A DNA stretch of 64,000 nt from a bacterium (GTDB lineage Bacteria > SAR324 > NAC60-12), in contig CBDDTI010000746.1 of NCBI GenBank assembly GCA_965233585.1, positions 544,001-608,000 on the forward strand, in the 5' to 3' direction. The position numbers and the translations under genes are program-made. Below the pieces are notes generated by a model. It made no database searches. It was not told the origin of the DNA and was given only the letters and a program-made list of their open reading frames with translations. Positions within the stretch are counted from its first letter, which is position 1. Each line of letters opens with the position of its first letter. Below, one piece after another: positions 1 to 9,957 of this stretch.

Positions 1-359
1 TGTCCAAACGGCTACTCTTTGGCTTTTTTTTGAACAAAAGTATAGATTTCATCCATCTCTATACTATCTACTTGTTCATGGAAACTTGGTGCGTCTTTTG
101 GGAGTTGAGACACTCTGGCTTTTTTGATCCAGTTGAGAACTGAAGTTGGAGACACCTGCACAAAACGAGCGATCTTTCTGATGCCTACACTATTGACATA
201 CATTTCTAAAGCTTGACGCTTCGTCTCTAGTGGGATTCTCAACCCATTTGAACTGAACGACCTCCCACATGATTTGCAAACATATCTCTGCACTCCTTTG
301 CAACTTCCATTCTTTATATAATTCTGACTTCCACAATGATGACAACTTCTCATATTCAT
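1..359 (-). CDS. IS1-family transposase (InsA-like part plus frameshifted start of the InsB-like part), partial
   Basis: Zinc ribbon CHHC...CKSC, HTH (GIRKIARFVQVSPTSVLNWIKK), then EMDEIYTFVQKK. The -1 frame after the A8 run continues KKSQRVAVWT. Confidence 0.85.
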
Positions 360-394
360 TCCTCAAATTCACTCTCACATGCAATAACAATACC
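1..394 (-). mobile_element. IS1-family insertion sequence, left part; runs off the window start
   Basis: InsA-like ORF 12..359 followed by an A8 slippery run. The candidate left end reads GGTATTGTTATTGC on the minus strand from 394; IS1 ends typically start GGT. Confidence 0.75.
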
Positions 395-402
395 AAGTGA
401 AC

Positions 403-529
403 ACTGCCGTGAAAACAGGGGCAGGAATCCATGCCTTGTTTAGGGTAGATTCCGTGTCAAGCACGGAATGACTAGAAGAGGCACGGAATGACAGGAGAGG
501 GGGAATTGCTTCACTTGATTTGCAATCTC
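403..529. repeat. GTCATT/AATGAC-type REP-like palindromic repeat cluster
   Basis: TAGATTCCGTGTCAAGCACGGAATGAC at 446-472 and a partial copy at 481-492. 403-430 is a near reverse complement of the GGATTCCTGACCCTGTTTTCAC unit at 37494. Confidence 0.8.
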
Positions 530-726
530 TCTTTTTCCTTTTTGTCTTTGAATTTGTTATGCTTTGACTCACACTTCATCAAGGATTTTGAAAAATGTTA
601 GTGTCAGTACGCATGGGTTTTACAATGGACTTGATTGAAGGTTTTGATAAACTCTTGTAATTTTATGGGAAAGCTCGTAAGATAGTCCCTTGCTTTCAAA
701 ACAATTCTTTTTTAAGTCAACTAAAC

Positions 727-1089
727 ATGGTTGCTCAAGAGTATTTTCCTATCCTAACTATTGTGGTGATTGCTGTTGGATTTGGTGCAGTGTTGACAAT
801 AGCCAACATTCTGCTTGGACCCAAAAATCGTACAGAGATCAAAGCTAAACCCTTTGAGTGTGGCTTAATCAGCGACACTGTTGCCAAGGATCAGAGGTAT
901 AACGTCAAATTTTACATGACGGCATTGGCTTTTTTAATCTTTGATGTAGAAGTGGTCTTTTTGTATCCTTTGGCGACTTCATTCAGAGGAGTTGGTTTTT
1001 ATGGCGTTATAGTGGGGGGGATTTTTTTGTTTATGCTTGTATTAGGTTTGGTTTATGAATGGAAAAAAGGCGGTTTAGAATGGGAGTAA
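727..1089 (+). CDS. nuoA: NADH-quinone oxidoreductase subunit A
   Basis: KPFECG and FLIFDVEVVFLYP motifs, C-terminal YEWKKGGLEWE, 3 TM segments. Confidence 0.97.
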   Translation: MVAQEYFPILTIVVIAVGFGAVLTIANILLGPKNRTEIKAKPFECGLISDTVAKDQRYNVKFYMTALAFLIFDVEVVFLYPLATSFRGVGFYGVIVGGIFLFMLVLGLVYEWKKGGLEWE

Positions 1090-1090
1090 C

Positions 1091-1648
1091 ATGATGGGAA
1101 GTTCAAGGTTTGAGGAAGGTTTTTTGACAACGAAGATAGATTCTGCGGTCAACTGGGCTAGGAAATTTTCTTTGTTTACTTATCCTTTTGTCACGGCATG
1201 CTGTGGCATGGAGTATATGTCTGTGGCATGTGCGCATTATGACATTGCTCGTTTTGGTGCAGAAGTGCCAAGATTTTCACCAAGGCAAGCAGACTTGTTG
1301 CTTGTCGTGGGAACAGTCAATCATAAAATGGCGCCCATTCTCAAAACAGTGTATGAGCAGATGTCAGACCCTAAGTGGGTGGTAGCGTTTGGGGCATGTG
1401 CTTCTTCTGGTGGTTTCTATCAAAATTATGCAGTAGTACAAGGGATTGATCGGGTCGTGCCTGTTGACATTTACATTGCAGGCTGTCCGCCACGTCCTGA
1501 AGCAGTCCTTGATGCCATCATTGAACTTCAAAACCGAATCCAAGACAACGATTCGCAAGAGAAGAGACGAGACCGCCTTGCCTCTATCCTGCCAAATGCC
1601 CCGCAAAAACCATCACAAAAAATCACCCTTAGTCGTTCTCCTGCTTAA
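1091..1648 (+). CDS. nuoB: NADH-quinone oxidoreductase subunit B
   Basis: TACCGME, SPRQADL, GACASSGG, GCPPRPEA (N2 cluster ligands). Confidence 0.97.
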   Translation: MMGSSRFEEGFLTTKIDSAVNWARKFSLFTYPFVTACCGMEYMSVACAHYDIARFGAEVPRFSPRQADLLLVVGTVNHKMAPILKTVYEQMSDPKWVVAFGACASSGGFYQNYAVVQGIDRVVPVDIYIAGCPPRPEAVLDAIIELQNRIQDNDSQEKRRDRLASILPNAPQKPSQKITLSRSPA

Positions 1649-2170
1649 ATGAATCCCAACGCAGTCGCTCAACTCCAAGAGTCTTATTCTACTGACATTC
1701 TTTCATGTGAGACTTATCGCGGGGAGGTGACTGTGAGAGTCAACCCTGATGTCATCTTGCCGTTTTGCCAATTCTTGCGTGATGATGAGACGTTGCAAAT
1801 GCAAATGCTCATTGACTTGACTGCCGTGGATTATCTGGATTCCAAAAGAACCCCACGTTTTGACATGGTCTATCACTTCCATTCGCTAAAGTTTCAGCAT
1901 CGCTTGCGTGTGAAGGCAGGTGTTTCAAAGGAGGACTGTCAGATTGATTCTCTTTCTTCACTTTGGGCGTGTGCTGACTGGTACGAAAGAGAGTGCTACG
2001 ACATGTATGGAATTATCTTCAAAAATCACCCCAATTTGGAAAGACTTTTGATGTATGATGGCTTTGAAGGATACCCCTTGCGCAAAGACTATCCCGTTGG
2101 TAAACAACAACCTCTGGTAGAACTCAAACCCGTTGAAGAACGTTACGCCTATCAACAAGACCGATATTAA
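1649..2170 (+). CDS. nuoC: NADH-quinone oxidoreductase subunit C
   Basis: DLTAVDY; WYERECYDMYGI..HPNLERLL..PLRKDYP. Confidence 0.97.
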   Translation: MNPNAVAQLQESYSTDILSCETYRGEVTVRVNPDVILPFCQFLRDDETLQMQMLIDLTAVDYLDSKRTPRFDMVYHFHSLKFQHRLRVKAGVSKEDCQIDSLSSLWACADWYERECYDMYGIIFKNHPNLERLLMYDGFEGYPLRKDYPVGKQQPLVELKPVEERYAYQQDRY

Positions 2171-2173
2171 AAG

Positions 2174-3355
2174 ATGATGCAGGAAAACAATGATGCCTTG
2201 ATGACTGTGGAAATGGGACCTTCTCACCCTGCAATGCACGGGATTGTGCGATTCACTGTGCAACTTGACGGAGAACGTATTGTGGACATGATTCCTGAAA
2301 TCGGCTACTTGCATCGTGGGTTTGAAAAGGAATCGGAAAACTCAACGTGGGTGCAAATCATGCCCTACACAGACCGATTGAATTATGTCTCTCCTTTGCT
2401 TTGCAACATCGGCTACTCTATGGGAGTTGAAAAACTTTTTGGAGTGGAGATTCCCAGACGTGCGGAGTTCTGCCGTGTGATCATGGGTGAAATTTCACGC
2501 ATCACAGACCATTTGACCTGCCTTGCCGCCTCAGCAATGGAGGTGGGAGGGTTTACTTTTTTCTTGTGGGCAATCAAAGCACGAGAGTATCTTTGGGAAT
2601 TGATTGAGAATGTCACAGGGGCAAGGCTGACAACCAACTGGCCACGTTTTGGTGGCAATGCCACTGACTTTCCTGATGACTTCTTGCCTGAACTAGATGT
2701 CAGACTCAAACAAGTTTCAGAAGTGGTGGAAGAGTGTGACCAACTCATCACACGCAACAAAATTTTTATTGACCGCATGAGAGACATTGCACCCGTCACC
2801 CCTGAAGAAGCAATGACTTGGGGTTTCACGGGACCCTTGTTGCGTGCATGTGGTGTGGCTCAAGATTTAAGGCGGACAGAACATTACTCTGTCTATGATG
2901 AACTAGATTTTGAGATTGCAGTTGGCACAACAGGAGATTGCTACGATCGCTTTCTTGTCAGAATGGAAGAAATCAGGCAGAGTATTTCAATCATCAAACA
3001 AGCAGCAGACAAGTTGCCTTATGGTCCTGTTTGCACGTATGACCGCAAATTGAGCTTCCCTGAAAAAAAACATGTTTACGGAAATATAGAGGGAATGATT
3101 GACCACTTTAAACTGGTCATGGAAGGGCATCAACCCCCTGCTGGTGAAGTTTATGCTGCCATTGAAGGTGGTAACGGAGAGCTTGGATTTTATTTGGTAT
3201 CAGATGGCACAGGGCGTCCGCTCAAGTGTCGTGTGAGACCTCCTTGCTTTAATTTTGTAGCCGCAATGCCTGCCATGTGCATTGGCAATTATGTAGCAGA
3301 CATCATTGCGATTTTTGGATCAATTAACATGATCGGTGGAGAATTAGAACGTTAA
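2174..3355 (+). CDS. nuoD: NADH-quinone oxidoreductase subunit D
   Basis: GPSHPAMHG, IGYLHRGFEK, DRLNY, GDCYDR, C-terminal GELER. Confidence 0.97.
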   Translation: MMQENNDALMTVEMGPSHPAMHGIVRFTVQLDGERIVDMIPEIGYLHRGFEKESENSTWVQIMPYTDRLNYVSPLLCNIGYSMGVEKLFGVEIPRRAEFCRVIMGEISRITDHLTCLAASAMEVGGFTFFLWAIKAREYLWELIENVTGARLTTNWPRFGGNATDFPDDFLPELDVRLKQVSEVVEECDQLITRNKIFIDRMRDIAPVTPEEAMTWGFTGPLLRACGVAQDLRRTEHYSVYDELDFEIAVGTTGDCYDRFLVRMEEIRQSISIIKQAADKLPYGPVCTYDRKLSFPEKKHVYGNIEGMIDHFKLVMEGHQPPAGEVYAAIEGGNGELGFYLVSDGTGRPLKCRVRPPCFNFVAAMPAMCIGNYVADIIAIFGSINMIGGELER

Positions 3356-3357
3356 CT

Positions 3358-4440
3358 ATGTTGGAAATTTTAGCAAATCCAGTCGTTGTCACATTGTTGA
3401 AAATTGCTGTCATTCTCTTTGCTTTTGCATTACCTCTTGCAACCTTGCTGACTCTGTTTGAAAGAAAATGGAGTGCCATGATTCAAGACCGAGTCGGCCC
3501 AAACCGTGCCAATCTTCCTTTTTTCAAAAACTTCAGGGGGCGTGGCACTGCACACATTGCCGCTGATGCTCTCAAATCTTTGTTCAAAGAAGACACAGTC
3601 CCAGATGGTGCAGACCGCTTTCTGTTTACTATTGCGCCTTGGTTTGGGTTCATTCCTGCTTTTGCCATCTTTGCTGTCATTCCCATTGCTGCACCTATTG
3701 GAGACTTCAAGTTCCAAATTGTAGATATTGAACCGGGGCTTTTGTATATTTTTGCCGTGTCGTCTTTGGGGGCATACGGGGCAGTTTTGGCAGGCATGAG
3801 TTCCAATAATAAGTACTCTGTGCTTGGTGGAACTCGTGCCTCTGCTCAGGTGATTTCTTATGAAGTGTTTATCGGGATTGCCTTACTTGGCTTGCTAATG
3901 ATTTACGGAGACACAAGAATTTCTGCATTAGTAGAAGGTCAAGGAGAATACTGGCTCAACGGATTGATTCCAAAGTGGGGTATTTTCACGCAGCCTGTCG
4001 GGGCAGTTTTGTTTTTTGTTGCCATGATGGCAGAGACCAAACGTCCGCCATTTGATGCACCAGAGGGGGAATCAGAGCTTGTTGCAGGTTATTTTGTAGA
4101 ATATTCAGGCATGCGGTTTGCCTCGTTTCTGCTGGCAGAATATGTGGCGATTGTCGGAGTTGGTGCATTGACAGTGACTTTGTTTTTTGGGGGCTATCAC
4201 GTCCCTTGGATAGATTTGTGGAAGGAAGCCCCTGTGTGGCTTGTCAGAGTCTTACAAGCCTTGAAGTTTGGTGCGTTCACCTTCTTTTTTTGCTGGCTTC
4301 AGCTTCAACTTCGCTGGACACTCCCTAAATTCCGCTTTGACCAAATTATGACATTAGGCTGGAAGAAACTTTTGCCAATTTCACTAGGTAATGTCCTTGT
4401 CACTGCGGCTGTTCTAGTGTTCATTGATTATTACAACTAA
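3358..4440 (+). CDS. nuoH: NADH-quinone oxidoreductase subunit H
   Basis: ERKWSAMIQDRVGPNR, AQVISYE, PFDAPEGESELVAGYFVEYSG. Confidence 0.97.
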   Translation: MLEILANPVVVTLLKIAVILFAFALPLATLLTLFERKWSAMIQDRVGPNRANLPFFKNFRGRGTAHIAADALKSLFKEDTVPDGADRFLFTIAPWFGFIPAFAIFAVIPIAAPIGDFKFQIVDIEPGLLYIFAVSSLGAYGAVLAGMSSNNKYSVLGGTRASAQVISYEVFIGIALLGLLMIYGDTRISALVEGQGEYWLNGLIPKWGIFTQPVGAVLFFVAMMAETKRPPFDAPEGESELVAGYFVEYSGMRFASFLLAEYVAIVGVGALTVTLFFGGYHVPWIDLWKEAPVWLVRVLQALKFGAFTFFFCWLQLQLRWTLPKFRFDQIMTLGWKKLLPISLGNVLVTAAVLVFIDYYN

Positions 4441-4555
4441 ATCCATTCAAACCCTTTTTTTTCTTGGGACAACCTACTCATTTGAGTAGATTTTAGTTTA
4501 GATAGATTCTTAAAAGCTCACTTTTTAGAACAATTAGAATAATTACAAAAAACTG

Positions 4556-5131
4556 ATGCTCAATATTCCTGATTTCTTTCATCAACAATTTGATGAACAC
4601 CTTCAAGTAACCCAAGCTACACAGCATGCTTTGGGCGACACCTTTAGCCAATTTGCCCATGCTGCATTGGAGACTATCAAAAACAGTGGCAAGATTGTCT
4701 GGTTTGGCAATGGGGGGAGTGCATCTGATGCGCAGCATCTGGCAACAGAGTTGGTGGCTCGCTATCGTGTCAACCGCCGTGCGATTCCTTCTCTTGCTTT
4801 GACAACAGACACGTCTGCACTCACAGCCATTGGCAACGATTTTGGTTTTGACTTCGTATTTTCAAGGCAGGTAGAGGCACTTTGCAATCATCAAGATTTG
4901 GTGATAGGCATTTCCACTTCTGGCACAAGCAAGAATGTCATAGAAGCTATCAAGAAAGCCCGCGAGATCGGTTGCAAAACGGCACTGCTAGGTGGTTGTG
5001 ATGGAGGAACGCTTGGAAAGCTGGTTGATTTTCCGTTGATTGTGCCAAGCCAAACGACTGCAAGGATTCAAGAAATGCACATCACACTTGGGCAACTTCT
5101 TTGTGACATTCTGGAACAATCGGTCATCTAA
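4556..5131 (+). CDS. gmhA: D-sedoheptulose-7-phosphate isomerase
   Basis: GNGGSASDAQH, ND.GFD.VFSRQ, ISTSG, RIQEMH. Confidence 0.95.
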   Translation: MLNIPDFFHQQFDEHLQVTQATQHALGDTFSQFAHAALETIKNSGKIVWFGNGGSASDAQHLATELVARYRVNRRAIPSLALTTDTSALTAIGNDFGFDFVFSRQVEALCNHQDLVIGISTSGTSKNVIEAIKKAREIGCKTALLGGCDGGTLGKLVDFPLIVPSQTTARIQEMHITLGQLLCDILEQSVI

Positions 5132-5152
5132 TCTCTAATCTTCTTAAAAAAC

Positions 5153-5560
5153 ATGGTCTCATTTTTGTTAGTCCTTCACATTCTTTCTGTAACATTTGTG
5201 ATTGGCTCACTTTTCACTCAATCTTTAGTCTTGGTTTTGAGACACAAACTTGAATCTGAAGAACACATGGGCGCTGTTCAAAAGATTCAAAGAAAAGTCC
5301 ACCTGCTTCTCTTCCCCCCAAGTCTAGTGGTTGCCATCATCTCAGGACTCACTCTTGCCGTAAAAACAGGGGCTTTCACGACTGGCAAGTGGTTGCATTG
5401 GAAGCTCATCTTTGTTTTCATCTTCATCGTCTTCAGCATCATAGCAGGGGGGCAAATGAAAAAAAATCAAGTGGCTCCATTCTTCAAAATACTCATTCCT
5501 GTTGGTGTGTTGGTTCTTGCCACAGTGATTATTTACCTAGCACGAATCAAACCTTTTTAA
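5153..5560 (+). CDS. 4-TM membrane protein (CopD/HemJ/DUF2269-like)
   Basis: LHIL in TM1, WLHWKL motif before TM3, C-terminal KPF. Confidence 0.6.
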   Translation: MVSFLLVLHILSVTFVIGSLFTQSLVLVLRHKLESEEHMGAVQKIQRKVHLLLFPPSLVVAIISGLTLAVKTGAFTTGKWLHWKLIFVFIFIVFSIIAGGQMKKNQVAPFFKILIPVGVLVLATVIIYLARIKPF

Positions 5561-5588
5561 CTTTTCTGCTGACAAGTCAAATGGAAAC

Positions 5589-6347
5589 ATGGACTTTGGC
5601 ACGTTAATCGGATTCATTTTAGCCTGTGCTTTGATTATCTTCGGCATGGGTTCTTACATCTCAGCCTTTGTAGATATTCCCTCTTTATTGATTGTTGCAG
5701 GTGGGACGATTGGGACTGTGCTGATGTCTTTTCCTCTTTCTACACTCAAAGGGCTTGGTGGGATTCTTAAAAAAGCTCTTTTTGCCTCTCCTCCTCAATT
5801 CCAAGGTGTTTTTGCAACCATCATGGAATTTGCAGCACGTGCCAGAAGAGAGGGTTTGCTCAGCTTAGAAGGTGTGGAAAATGACACAGATGATGCGTTC
5901 TTCATTAAAGGAATTAACATGGCTGTTGACGGATTGGAGGTAGCAATCATTGAAGAGACACTAAAGAATCAACTTGCCTCAACAGAAGACCGACACAAAA
6001 CAGGCTACACCGTGTTTATGACCATTGCAGCACTTGCCCCCGCAATGGGTATGATTGGAACACTGGTAGGGCTTGTGATTATGCTCCAAAATTTATCAGA
6101 CCCTGATGCCATCGGTCCCTCAATGGCGATTGCCTTGATTACAACATTTTATGGAGCTTTCATTGCCAATGTCATTGCCTTGCCTATTGCCAACAAACTT
6201 CAACGACGAAGCGAGGAAGAACTCCTTGTCATGCGTTTAGTCATGGAAGGAATCCTTTCTATTGCTGTTGGAGATAACCCACGTATCGTAGAAAACAAAC
6301 TCAACAGCTTTCTTGCTCCAAAAGATCATACTTCTTCAGCAGAATAG
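5589..6347 (+). CDS. motA: Flagellar stator A subunit (MotA/PomA family), no adjacent MotB
   Basis: ARREGLLSLE, APAMGMIGTLVGL, ALITTFYG, GDNPR. Confidence 0.9.
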   Translation: MDFGTLIGFILACALIIFGMGSYISAFVDIPSLLIVAGGTIGTVLMSFPLSTLKGLGGILKKALFASPPQFQGVFATIMEFAARARREGLLSLEGVENDTDDAFFIKGINMAVDGLEVAIIEETLKNQLASTEDRHKTGYTVFMTIAALAPAMGMIGTLVGLVIMLQNLSDPDAIGPSMAIALITTFYGAFIANVIALPIANKLQRRSEEELLVMRLVMEGILSIAVGDNPRIVENKLNSFLAPKDHTSSAE

Positions 6348-6592
6348 CTGCTTAGAATCTTTTTCTTCAAACATTGTCCCAAACAAAAAATAAGAACCTG
6401 TTCCCCTTATTTTTTAATGGCTTGCTATCTATTTAATTTCAAGATAAGAGTTGAAGATAAAAACATGATGCTCGTACAAAAAACAAAGCCCTACCTAAAA
6501 CACTTTTAAAATTTTAAAAAAGGCTTTAAAAGAAAGTAACGGACTGAATTTGTGATTTGGAATACGAGGTCTGCCCAAGACGATGCCTCAGC

Positions 6593-7327
6593 TTACTTTC
6601 TGTTCAATATATCAGCAATGCGACCTCCCACTGTGGAGTTTTGTTTGCCAACCAAAGGAGATAATTGTTCAAGACGTTGTCTCAGCAAATTTCCTAGAAT
6701 TTGACGTTTGACCTTGACTTCGGGGTAAACGAGCTTGGTTGCAGAAACGATATTAGAGTCATCAATGTCCACAGGACGCAAGACCCCTTGAATGGTGGTG
6801 ATATAACGGACGCCATTTTGCTGACGATGATCCACTTTTTGTCCTCTGATGACCATATTGCCATTGGGTAGCACACGCACCACTTCTACCGACATGACAG
6901 AGGTAGAAGCTAAAATGTCGTTTTGGTCTTTTTCTAATTGATCCCGAAGCGTCAGGGCTTCCAGTGCAATATTTGCCCGACCTGCATCGGTTGTGGTGTC
7001 TTGTTCTGTTTGAGAAGTTTCAGGTAAAGTGATGATTTGACCAATCTCATTGATAGTTAAAAGGTCATTTTTGTAACGCGCTCTGTGGTCTCTCCAAAGG
7101 TTTCCAAATGAAGACTCATTACTCCATAGTGAGCCTTCGTATTGATTTCCCACAGAGGGCAATCTGGGACGCCTCAGTTGATTGGGCAATGTTTTTCTTG
7201 CAATTTCTGGAGTCTCAGGTTCTTGTGGCGTTTTCTGATTTCTCAAGACAGTGCAACTCATCGTGAAAATGCCTAGTAAGCCAAATAAAATCGCTTGTTT
7301 TATTTTGAAACACATCTTTGAACGCAT
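6593..7327 (-). CDS. flgH: Flagellar L-ring lipoprotein FlgH-like, divergent
   Basis: Lipobox FTMSC, GSLW, D.RA....DLLTI, V.RVLPNGNMVIRGQK, G.LRPVDIDDSN; lies downstream of flgA. Confidence 0.8.
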   Translation of the reverse strand: MRSKMCFKIKQAILFGLLGIFTMSCTVLRNQKTPQEPETPEIARKTLPNQLRRPRLPSVGNQYEGSLWSNESSFGNLWRDHRARYKNDLLTINEIGQIITLPETSQTEQDTTTDAGRANIALEALTLRDQLEKDQNDILASTSVMSVEVVRVLPNGNMVIRGQKVDHRQQNGVRYITTIQGVLRPVDIDDSNIVSATKLVYPEVKVKRQILGNLLRQRLEQLSPLVGKQNSTVGGRIADILNRK

Positions 7328-7331
7328 GATT

Positions 7332-8324
7332 TTAATTCACTTGAACGGTGTTAGAGCTTAAAATTTTTGCCTGCACAATTTTTTTGCTGGAGAGATTCCT
7401 CACAGGGATTGTCTCACCACGTCTGCCGTGCTTCATCGCCACGCCAACTGTGCTGACACGAAACAACTCAGTTTCATACAAAATACTCATTTTGTCACCA
7501 GTTTTGACGATGGGTTGAACTTCTACAGTCCGAGTTTGTAGGGTCTCACCTGCGGCGATTGGACGTTTACTTTGCTTGCCAAGCAAATCAGATTTATCTG
7601 TGACATAATGAGAAGGGATTCTGTCCACATTCAGACGCACTTTCTCAATGTCGTTTTCTTTGATCACTTGGTTATAGCCTATGTCATTTTTGGCAACATA
7701 CACCTCTTTATAAATTTTGAGATAGATGCGGCTCATCACCGTTTTTGCTAACTTGTTGTTGATAAAAAACTCTACCTTATAAGTGCGGTACCCACCCTCT
7801 TTTTTATACTTGCCATGTAGTTTAACTTCATATTTTAGCTCTCCTTTAGGCAAGAAAATATCACGATTTTTAGAGAGCAAACGTGGCTTGATGTTTTCTG
7901 ATGGATATTGGTCTTGAATGTGAAACAACACCGCTTGGTCAATGTCTGAACCTGAGATTTGCAAGGCAGAGCGTCTGACTACTGTCCTTTGCTTCAAAGG
8001 AAACTCAATTTGAGAGACATCAACAAAACGTCTCATTTTAGAAAGAATGAGAGAGTTTGTGACAGTCAGAGAGCCACCGGGTAAAGGAGACCTGCCAATT
8101 TGAATGCCTCCAATTTTTGCAACAAAAGATGCCTCTCCTTCCAGTTTTGCAATGTCTGCAAGGGTATAATTGAGGTTATTCACTGTGGTTTGTTCTTGCA
8201 AAATCACTGATGCCGCACCTTTGATTTTTTTTGCCAAAGACTGTCCTGTGAGTCCAAATACAGTGAATCCTAACAATGCAATGCTAAACCTCAAAATTTG
8301 AGTGAGATGTGTTTGTGTTTTCAT
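7332..8324 (-). CDS. flgA: Flagellar P-ring assembly chaperone FlgA
   Basis: Signal peptide, SAF-like region, C-terminal G..GETIPVRNLSSKKIVQA. Confidence 0.9.
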   Translation of the reverse strand: MKTQTHLTQILRFSIALLGFTVFGLTGQSLAKKIKGAASVILQEQTTVNNLNYTLADIAKLEGEASFVAKIGGIQIGRSPLPGGSLTVTNSLILSKMRRFVDVSQIEFPLKQRTVVRRSALQISGSDIDQAVLFHIQDQYPSENIKPRLLSKNRDIFLPKGELKYEVKLHGKYKKEGGYRTYKVEFFINNKLAKTVMSRIYLKIYKEVYVAKNDIGYNQVIKENDIEKVRLNVDRIPSHYVTDKSDLLGKQSKRPIAAGETLQTRTVEVQPIVKTGDKMSILYETELFRVSTVGVAMKHGRRGETIPVRNLSSKKIVQAKILSSNTVQVN

Positions 8325-8336
8325 GGTTTTTAAAAA

Positions 8337-9125
8337 TTATTTTGCCAGTCCGTTGGCAGTTTGAAGCATTTGGTCGGCTGTTTGAATGGCTTTGGAATTG
8401 ACCTCATACGCACGTTGTGCCGTAATCATGTCCACCATTTCCTCCACAATAGACACGTTAGAGCCTTCTAAAAATCCCTGATTCAATGTTCCAATTCCAT
8501 TCATACCGGGCGTTTCTACAATGGGATTGCCTGATGCAGGGGAGGACAAGTAAAGATTTTTCCCCATAGGCGTCAGTCCTGCGGTGTTGGTAAATCTTGC
8601 AATTTGAATCGTGCCAATGGCTTGGGGCTGTGTTTCGTCACGTAAAAAGACAGACACTGTGCCGTCAAAACCAATGTTAATTTTTCGTGTTTCTTGAGGA
8701 ATATTGATTTCAGGGTCAAGCAACATACCATCAGGCGTCACCACACGTCCGAGTCCATCAATATTAAAATTGCCTGCACGGGTGTAGGCAATCGCTCCGT
8801 TTGGTTGCAAAATTTGAAAGAAACCAGGTCCGTCAATGCTGACATCTAATTGATTCCCTGTGCTTTCCATGTCTCCTTGTGTGTGAATTTTTTCAGTAGA
8901 GATATGCTTCACACCATGCCCGACATGAATCCCGACGGGGGATTGTGTCACAGAAGAAGATGCGGCACCTGCAATTCTTTCGTTGTGGTACAGCAGGTCT
9001 TGAAAGTTGTTGCGACTCTTTTTAAAACCATTGGTGTTCACATTAGCCAGATTGTTGGCAACGGTGTCTATTTGTTTTTGCTGTGCCGTCATTCCAGTTG
9101 CGGCAGTAAATAATGAACGCATCAT
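8337..9125 (-). CDS. flgG: Flagellar basal-body rod protein FlgG
   Basis: ANNLANVNTNGFKKSR, YTRAGNF, LEGSNV..VEEMVDMITAQRAYE. Confidence 0.97.
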   Translation of the reverse strand: MMRSLFTAATGMTAQQKQIDTVANNLANVNTNGFKKSRNNFQDLLYHNERIAGAASSSVTQSPVGIHVGHGVKHISTEKIHTQGDMESTGNQLDVSIDGPGFFQILQPNGAIAYTRAGNFNIDGLGRVVTPDGMLLDPEINIPQETRKINIGFDGTVSVFLRDETQPQAIGTIQIARFTNTAGLTPMGKNLYLSSPASGNPIVETPGMNGIGTLNQGFLEGSNVSIVEEMVDMITAQRAYEVNSKAIQTADQMLQTANGLAK

Positions 9126-9143
9126 AAGTCAGCCTCCTATTTT

Positions 9144-9917
9144 TTATGAGATACGCGAAAGTGAGATTGCTTTTTCATCAAGGCGGTCCATACTTTTCAT
9201 AGCAGACTGCACTTGCTCGTAAGCACGATTGCCTTGAATCATCGTCACCATCTCCTTCACAGAATTGACATTTGAAGACTCAAGCATGCCTTGCTGAACC
9301 TTCACAGAGCCATCTACAATCGGCACATTATCACTCCCCAGTGGAGCATACATGGACGAGCCAAGTTTTTGTAAATTATGAGGATTCCGAAACTTTGCTA
9401 ACTTCAGCTGGTCTATCAGTTGTCCATCAACGCTGATGCCTCCTTCATCATTAATGGCAATGTCATCACCTTCTAATTTGATAGCTCCATTTTGCCCGAT
9501 GACAGGGAAGCCATCTTTGGTTGTTAAAATCTTTTCTGAATTGATGGCAAATTGTCCTGAACGTGTGTAACGTTCCCCTTGCGGTGTAGAGACTGCAAAA
9601 AATCCTTGCGACTCAATGGCAAGGTCAAGCGGATTCCCTGTGGACTCCATTCTGCCCGGCTCAAAATTGTTTGAAACGGCATCTACTTTGACAGCTGATT
9701 TGTCCATGCCAACAAACAAGTCAAGATACTCATGGGACAAAAACTGCTCCTCATCAGATTCAGGAACAACCCGAGTTGCCTGTGACAAAACCTCTTTAAA
9801 AACAGGTTGATCTTCTTTAAAGCCTGCTGTGTTGACGTTTGCCAAATTATTAGAGGTCACCTCAAGTTTTTTTTCGTAAGCGTTCGTTGCTGAAATTAAG
9901 CTATAAATTCCACTCAT
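9144..9917 (-). CDS. flgF: Flagellar basal-body rod protein FlgF (start re-called at ATG 9917)
   Basis: SNNLANVNTAGFK, TGNPLDLAI, YTRSGQF, LESSNVN; lies upstream of flgG. Confidence 0.9.
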   Translation of the reverse strand: MSGIYSLISATNAYEKKLEVTSNNLANVNTAGFKEDQPVFKEVLSQATRVVPESDEEQFLSHEYLDLFVGMDKSAVKVDAVSNNFEPGRMESTGNPLDLAIESQGFFAVSTPQGERYTRSGQFAINSEKILTTKDGFPVIGQNGAIKLEGDDIAINDEGGISVDGQLIDQLKLAKFRNPHNLQKLGSSMYAPLGSDNVPIVDGSVKVQQGMLESSNVNSVKEMVTMIQGNRAYEQVQSAMKSMDRLDEKAISLSRIS

Positions 9918-9957
9918 TTTTTTAAGTTTGCCAAAAGGTCTGAATGTTAGGAAGGAA

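Noticed and set aside
375..572. Short ORF across the REP region (likewise 37615-37911 and the 5' half of 50627-50995)
   Set aside because: These are translations of palindromic repeats, with no RBS or family motif.
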